Assembly (NCBI GenBank): GCA_951406725.2
Contig: OX597814.1
Span: forward strand, 210,924,001-210,988,000
Origin: Octopus vulgaris
Taxonomy: Eukaryota
Direction: 5' to 3'
Length of the DNA: 64,000 nucleotides
Position numbers and translations under genes: made by a program. The notes under the pieces are model-generated. The model had not been told where the DNA came from, made no database searches, and worked only from the letters and a program-made list of their open reading frames with translations. Numbering within the stretch: position 1 is the first letter of the stretch; each line of letters starts with the position of its first letter. Below are positions 56,784 through 64,000 of this stretch, in pieces.

Positions 56784-58148
56784 AGGTAAGGAAGGTATCA
56801 TTTCAGCAACCAATTGTTCTGTATGGATGATCTGAAGTTTTTAGTAAGAATGAAGAAGAGAGAAATTTCTTGAAACAGAATATAAAACTCTCCAGCAAAG
56901 GTATAGCTATGGAATTTCGCATAGATAAGTGAGTAATATCAGTTATAATAACGGGGCAGATAGTCAACAGAGAAAGCATCTAATTACCAGATGGTCAGAC
57001 ACTAAAATCATTGAAAGGAAGGGAAGGTTTTAAGTATCTAGGAATATTAGATTTTGACAGAGTACTAAATATAGAAATTGAAACGAAACTTGAGAAGGAG
57101 TACATCAGAAGGGTAAGGAACCTAATAAAGTCAAATCTAAATGGTCCGAATCTAGTTAAGGCTGTTAATACTTTGGCAGTATGGTTACTTAGATACTCAT
57201 CACCTTTTGTAGATTAGAGAAAAACAGAATTAGCAAAGCTTGACTGAAAAACTAGGAAGGAATGGAGGACTCCACCCAAAGGCAGGAGTAGCGGTATCAT
57301 ACTTACCTATAAAGGAAAATAGAAGATAGTTACTATCAGTAGAAAACCGTGTGAAGTTAGCTAGAGTAGATATAGACAACTACATAGGTAATAGTGAAGA
57401 AAGTTTATTAAAAGCTGCTAGTCACAGCAAACCAAATACGCAAACGAAGTTAAAAACCAGACCCCCCCCAGAAATTATCTAACTGACAGGAGGAGGCGTT
57501 CCACAGTAGATTCTCAAAGATTCTTGCAGAAAATAGTTGTAATGAGACATGGTTATGGAAGAGGGAGACAAAGTTTGTTAGTAGCTGCACAACATCAAGC
57601 ATTAATGACTAGTGGGATAAAAGCCAAGATAGACAAAAACCAAGTAGATTCTCAATGAGGATTATGTAAATCAAAAGAGGAAAACTTTACACATATAGTA
57701 AGTGAATGCAGCATGCTGGTACAGAAAGAATACAAGAAAATACATGACAATCTAGGGATCGCAATCCACTGGGAGTTATGTAGAAAGCTAGGATTTGAAC
57801 ATACTGATAAATGGTATGAACATGAACTTTGTAAATCACTAGATATTAAGAAATACAAGATGTTGTGTGACTTCAACATTCAGACTGACAATATAATAGA
57901 AGCTAGAAGGCTTGAATTAACAGTGATACATATAGAGAATAGAAAGTGCCAGATAAATGACTTTACTGTCCCAGATGATGAAATTATTAATATAGAAAAA
58001 TAGTAAAGTACCATGACCTAGCTATTGAATTACGGAGACTATGGGACGTTCGGGTAAAATCTATTCCAGTAGTCATAGGTGAGATGGGAATTATCGCTAA
58101 ATTTCTAAACAGATGGATTGAAGAAACAGGCATAAAACCCAGTCTAGT
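56784..58148 (+). pseudogene. R4/Dong-clade non-LTR retrotransposon remnant (RT C-terminal half, CCHC knuckle, restriction-like endonuclease)
   Basis: QLFCMDDLK; FKYLGI; EYIRRVRNLIKSNLNGPNLVKAVNTLAV; LLVAAQHQAL; *GLCK..EENFTHIVSEC; HDNLGIAIHWELCRK; WYEH; DFNIQTDNIIEARR; KYHDLAIELRRLW...IPVVIG. Many disablements. Confidence 0.9.
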
Positions 58149-58908
58149 ATGCGTTTCTATATGTGTGTATATTTGTTTGTATGTTTGTATTAATTTTATG
58201 TATGCGTTTCGCAAGCTGATCGAAGTATCTGACTTTCGTTAGATACTTATATGAACACCAATCCTTTCACTCTTTGTACGTCTATCTATTTTTCCCTTTC
58301 TCTTTCTAATTTTCTGTCTCTTTTTTATTTTATTTATTTTCCTTCATTCCCCCTTTCTGCCCGACTTCTTATTCTCTGAATTTATTTTCCTTTTCTTTCT
58401 TTAGCCTGTAACAACTAAGTTGCATAAGCATACACAAGAGGTTTTGTGTGCATGCACGTGCGTGGATAAATATATATATATTTTGACTATATATGTCTGT
58501 ATATGTATGTAGCCATTTTGTTTTAGAATATACGTATATTATAGATTGCTTCGTATGTGTATGTATTGCTGTATGTATATGTATTTTAGCGTAAAAAATC
58601 TTTTAATGGATATATCATTTAAATTATTAATGTATTATTTTAATAGCTAATTATTTACTCTGGGTATTCAGGCCTTTTTCCTTCTTCGTAAGCTATTTTT
58701 GATTTAAGTTTTTCTTCGATTTTTATAAGAGTATGATTTTAAACCACAATTTGTTATTTCATGCAACAGGTTAATGAAAAGAACGCTTGTTGAAAGGACA
58801 AATGAAACGAAGCCATTTTAAAATGTTTATCTATCATATAACTTTATCTTGGTCCATTCTAAAGAATATTGTCCGACGAACGGGAACGTGAAATTGCTGC
58901 TTTTAATA

Positions 58909-58940
<32 letters not shown>

Positions 58941-58944
<4 letters not shown>

Positions 58945-59150
58945 CGGGAAGCTTTACGAAAATAAACAAAAGACGAAGGCAGGTGGAGTACAAACAAACA
59001 ATTGTATTAGTATGGCGCTCAGGAATAGAAATAAAACAAGTCTTTTACGTTTCGAGCCTACGCTCTTCAACAGAAAGATACACAGAAAAGAAACACGGAG
59101 AGAATCAAGGAGAGAAAAAAATGCGTGCAGGAGCTAACGATTCAACATAT
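58941..59150 (-). mobile_element. Penelope-like terminal-repeat fragment with minimal hammerhead-like motif (copy 2)
   Basis: Between (TA)n runs. Minus strand of 59041-59078 is TCTTT CTGTTGA A GAGC GTAG GCTC GAAA CGTA AAAGA. Confidence 0.72.
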
Positions 59151-59299
59151 ATATATAATTTATCAGATGGGCCTGCCGGAGATATGCGTAGAGCGACGAA
59201 ACCGTTCTGCATGCACTCGTCCGTGCATAACTGACTTGGGGAGTTATGTTAAACAGCAGCACGACAGATCCGACTTCTATTAATCGATAGAGCAGTCAA

Positions 59300-60260
59300 T
59301 TTTCCTCTGTCTGATAGCAGTAGCGACAGAGGTTGTATGGTGGACCAGGTTGAAAGGACTGAAGAAACACATTTCTGTTCGACCAATCCCTCATCAACTT
59401 TTCAAATTTCAAGAATTTGAAGAGGAGGTGCTCCAACATGACGAGGCGCGAAAGGGGGCAGGATTACGACGGTCAAGCGCTAGTATGTGCCGGACACGGT
59501 GCATACATTCACCACCTATCACTGACAGTTTCCTCACTGCCCATTTCTGGGTGGGACTAGTTATCCGGATTGTCACCTCGTCCCAATTCTTATCCACCTG
59601 GGGGTCTGGTCCGAACCAAACATCATGCAACTTTACCGGTCCGTCTGTCTGACACCCAACAATGCTGTTGGACTTGCTTCTCCAGGTGCCGAGCTGCAAG
59701 CCCACTGATTTTTCCATGTTAAGTTTTGTTCCCGTCAACTTTTCATGTTCCTCCAATGGTGTGAGGACTACCTCGATTTCTGAGGTGTCCGACACCATCA
59801 TGGTGATGTCTGTATACGCAGACACAGCCCTTCTGCGTCCCAGTTCGAGTGGGATACCCTGCGGCAGCTCCAGTTTCAGCAGTAAAGGCTCAAGAGTCAA
59901 TGAGCACAGAAGGGAGGAGAGATGTGAAACAGTTCCGAGATTTAGCCAGTAACTTTGATCACCATGCATATTCCGCTGTAAATTTCTGCTTAATAAAATT
60001 GTAAACCCCGTCCCTGTAAACCTTGGGTCCCGGAAACAATTTCAGCGTCCAGTATCCAGGACCATCAACTTCTCGTCCGAGTCCCGGAAGATCGACTTTA
60101 CCTTGAGATTCAATTCTGTCCTTAAACAGCACAGCCACTCCACCTCCCATTCCCGGCCGACTAACAGACGCACATATCTGATAGTCACCAGATTCGTGGG
60201 ATGAGCAGTTTTCTTCTTTCTCAAATATTTCAAGACGAGCTCCACCATCTTGTTGAGCTG
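59300..60260 (-). pseudogene. L1/Tx1-clade LINE remnant (endonuclease fragment joined to RT fragment)
   Basis: GGGVAVLF...KSIFRDSDEKLMVLD, then LSSLLCSLTLEPLLLKL...VSAYTDIT...TGTKLNMEKSVGLQLGTW...VWFGPD...NW. Confidence 0.82.
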
Positions 60261-60502
60261 TGCTTGGTTAAATCAAATTAAACACCCACCGAACTTATTT
60301 GGTGGGCCGAATATAATATTTCGAAGTTCTAAACAACCATAGAAAGCCAGTAACAGGTTCCTGGTGTTTCTATTGATAACTTGGAATAAATAAATAATAC
60401 CAAAAATGCATCACACTGGTGTAAGTAATTGGTTTAACCCGAACCAACCTGGAGCGGTTGGAAAAACATACTATGTATTCCGCAGTCAATAATAATAATA
60501 AT

Positions 60503-60573
<71 letters not shown>

Positions 60574-60585
60574 TGATGATAATAA

Positions 60586-61192
60586 TACAGTGCCAGACAG
60601 TGGTTAATGCCCTGATACAGTGCCAGACAGTGGTTTAATGCCCTGATACAGTGCCAGACTGTGGTTCTCATTGCTTCTGATTTTAACTTTTGGAAGTGTT
60701 ATCATGTACATTGTTTTGTCTTGGTATAAAAGATGGGCTACAGCAAATATTCTGCTCAATACCACAGATTTGCTTGTCAGTTGTTTGACCATAACCAGTT
60801 GAGCATGTCTCTTAGTGGCTGACGATATGTGCATCTCTGATCACAAGCAGAAGTAGTGGGGGAGCATCATAGCCGTGTTTTGAAAGGAATTTTTAGAGGT
60901 TTGGATAATTCACCTCTGGAAACATGGGTGGTACGTTCAACATCCTTAAACAACCCTTATTCAAGGACCTTTTGAGCGGGATGGGCTACTCGACCAGAAT
61001 AATATTCTAACTGGGCCTCACCTGCAAGGTCATGTGCTGTTTATCTTGATATGAGATCACCATGTCGCGCACATATGGTTGTGATGCATGTGCCTGGTGT
61101 GCCCTTATCAGACGGGTAGTCATCATGGGTATACTGGGCTTCGTATATTTTACCCCAGTGTCACTTTGATTGCCTGCACTGCTCTCTCACTC
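60586..61192 (+). mobile_element. Non-coding interspersed element inserted in (AAT)n
   Basis: (AAT)n on both sides (60488-60585 and 61193-61268). Homologous segment at 52330-52525. Starts with ~2.7 copies of a 30-bp unit. Confidence 0.75.
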
Positions 61193-61200
61193 AATAATAA

Positions 61201-61266
<66 letters not shown>

Positions 61267-61460
61267 TAGAAGAATAATAAGAAAAAGAGGAGGTGGACGA
61301 GGAGGAAAATTAATTCAATAAATAAATCAAACACAAGCTTCAATATAGGACGTATCACGTAGTATCTTGATTTGTGAAAAATTTCAACCAAATTTGCTCC
61401 GATTATTATATCCTACCGTCGTATCGCATTAATAAAATCATTTATGCAGCAATATTGTGA

Positions 61461-62045
61461 GGAGGCGAGCTGGCAGAATCGTTAACACACCGGGCGAAAT
61501 GCTTAGCGGTATTTCGTTTGCCGTTACGTTCTGTGTTCAAATTCCGCCGAGGTCGACTTAGCTATTCATTCTTTCGGGGTCGATAAATTAAGTACCAGTT
61601 ACGCACTGGGGTCGATATAATCGACTTAATCCGTTTGTCTTTCCTTGTTTGTCCCCTCTGTGTTTAGCCATTGTGGGTAGTAAAGAAATAGGTATTTCGT
61701 CTGCCGCTACGTTCTGAGTTCAAATTCCGCCGACGTCGGCTTTGCCTTTCATCCTTTCGGGGTCAACTAAATAAGTACCAGTTACGCACTGGGGTCGATA
61801 TAACCGACTTAATCCGTTTGTTTGTCCTTGTTTGACTTCTCTGTATTTAGCCCCTTGTGGGTAGTATTTCGTCTGTCTTTATGTTGAGTTCAAATACCTC
61901 CGAAGTTGACTTTGACTTTCATCCTTTCGGGGTCAATAAATTAAGTACCAGTTGCGTACCGGGTTGATCTAATCGACTGCCTCTCTCACACAAAAAAAAC
62001 AAAAATCATAACAAGATTTGGGCCTTTAGCCTCGAGTAGAAAGGG
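61461..62045 (+). mobile_element. SINE family B multimer (one head, three bodies)
   Basis: The body starting gtatttcgt restarts at ~61508, ~61691 and ~61864. Confidence 0.9.
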
Positions 62046-62184
62046 ATATTGTTATATACAAACTAGATGACGCCTTTGTTCACAGGCCTGTTAAATTACT
62101 ACTGACCATGGGTTAAACGGCAATAACCTGTTAGATATCATGTGCTTGCCTTGTTAATATTGGTCAGCGGCTAAGCATCTACTG

Positions 62185-62199
62185 TTGCGGCTGCTGCTG

Positions 62200-62265
<66 letters not shown>

Positions 62266-62570
62266 ATACTACTACTACTACTACAACTGCTGCTACTACT
62301 ACTACTACTACTACAACTGCTGCTACTACTTCTACTACTACTACTACTACTACTAATAATAATGATGATGATGATAATACCACTACTCCTACAATTGCTG
62401 CAGTTGCTGCTGCTACTGCTATCACTACTACTACAACTACTGCTATTATTACAACTACTAGTGATGAAGATGATACGACTACAACTACTGCTGTTGCTGC
62501 TACTACTACTACTACTGCTACCACTGCTACTACTACTGCTGCTGCTGCTTCTGCTTCTGCTATTATATTA
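62185..62570. repeat. Compound (CTA)n/(CTG)n trinucleotide tract
   Basis: Direct reading. Confidence 0.95.
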
Positions 62571-63161
62571 GTCGAAGAGAAACATGTTGACGACTTGATG
62601 TTTACTCCAGACTTACTATCCTAGTTATTTTTTTTTAATATAAACACTCCACCTTCAATGCATACAAAATACCAAACATTATCGACGCTGCTGATTATTG
62701 ACATCGTCATTTAGGCTGTCGACGGTAATGCTGCTGCTGCTGCTAACGATCCTGATGTTGATCGTGATGACGATTCTACTAGTGCTCCCGGTACCACAAT
62801 TACTGTCATTCTTACTACTACAATCTCTCCAAGAATTGCTGTCGCTATTACTACGTCACCGATTGCTGATTTACTGCTTCTGCTTTTCTGCATTAAATTC
62901 TTACTAGCACAATATCCCTTCACCATTTTCAGAAGCAACATAATTTCAAAACTGTTGAGACTACAGTAACTGTTAATACTGTTACTGACTGTAGGCAAAC
63001 TAGCTGGGACTAAGATGCGTCTAACAAATATTATAATATATATTTAATTTCATTCCCTAACGCTCTGATTTCAAATCTTACCGAGTTCAATGCGGCTGTC
63101 TACCTCGGGGTTCAAAGCTTATAATGTGCCGAAAGAGAACCTGCGAGACCTCTTTCCTATT

Positions 63162-63487
63162 GGGGATGGAAGCACTCCGTCGGTTACGACGACGAGGGTT
63201 CCGGTTGATCCGAATCAACGGAACAGCCTGCTCGTGAAATTAACGTGTAAGTGGCTGAGCACTCCACAGACACGTGTACCCTTAACGTAGTTCTCGGGGA
63301 TATTCAGCGTGACACAGAGAGTGACAAGGCCGGCCCTTTGAAATACAGGTACAAGAGAGACAGGAAGTAAGAGTGGGAGAAAGTTGTGGTGAAAGAGTAC
63401 AGCAGGGATCACCACCATCCCTGCCGGAGCCTCGCAGAGCTTTAGGTGTTTTCGCTCAATAAACACTCACAACGCCCGGTCTGGGAA
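63162..63487 (-). mobile_element. 5'-truncated SINE family A
   Basis: Reverse complement of ~1403-1715. 11-bp TSD tctttcctatt at 63151-63161 and 63488-63498. Confidence 0.92.
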
Positions 63488-64000
63488 TCTTTCCTATTTT
63501 CAAAAGGAAGACGATGGAGGAAATTTAAACGATTAATTCTCTCCAGGGCCCTAACTTTTGTCTTTGTGTCTCTGTAAGAAATTATCAAGTACAGTGGACC
63601 AGACGTTAGTTGTTACAGTGATACGCAAAATGTGGTGTCGTACTTTACTAGCTCAAATCCTGCTTAGCTCAACTTTACCTGCAGCAATATGAACTACGAT
63701 CTCAAACTAGTACTTGATCGATTATTATGATTACACATTCCTCTTCTAAATTACTGGTCTAAAGATTAGAAGCAATGACGTCTATTACAGAATCATTGTA
63801 ATTTTGCAAGAAGAAAAGAATATTTCTAGTTTAATCGCATACGTTATCAGTGAAGAACAGAGGTTAATTATATTGACTAGCAGCCTCCATTGCTGGTCTT
63901 GTGCTTAAATTAGAAAGTAATAGCGGTAGGTAAATAGAATATTAAGAAATTTTGAAAAAAAATGTAACTTTGCCTTCATCGTTTCACAGCTGATAGGATA

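Noticed and set aside
60586-60666. CRISPR-like 30-bp repeats (also 13450-13650)
   Set aside because: Tandem units without unique spacers, no cas genes, eukaryotic context.

Overview
AT-rich, repeat-dense eukaryotic DNA with no supportable host protein-coding exon, RNA gene or CRISPR array. Nearly all ORFs in the supplied track are translations of microsatellites. The SINE repertoire and microsatellite load suggest a coleoid cephalopod (Octopus-like) intergenic or intronic region; this is an inference. Recognisable content is transposon debris: at least four tRNA-derived SINE families (several with target-site duplications, TSDs), three non-autonomous Helitrons, a near-complete dead DD34D mariner, other mariner and DD37D (maT-like) remnants, and MITEs. 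LINE fragments belong to the CR1, RTE, Tx1/L1 and R4/Dong clades. Penelope-like remnants include a GIY-YIG fossil with inverted terminal repeats. The most interesting signals are: two copies of a short element with a minimal hammerhead-ribozyme fold sharing a non-canonical core; a non-coding element embedded in (AAT)n with consistent polarity, alongside a Dong/R4-like LINE abutting (AAT)n; a foldback mariner; close inverted repeat pairs; and Helitron 5'-end swapping. I found no evidence for a novel intact gene system. Alignments were done by eye, so edges of degraded elements are approximate.
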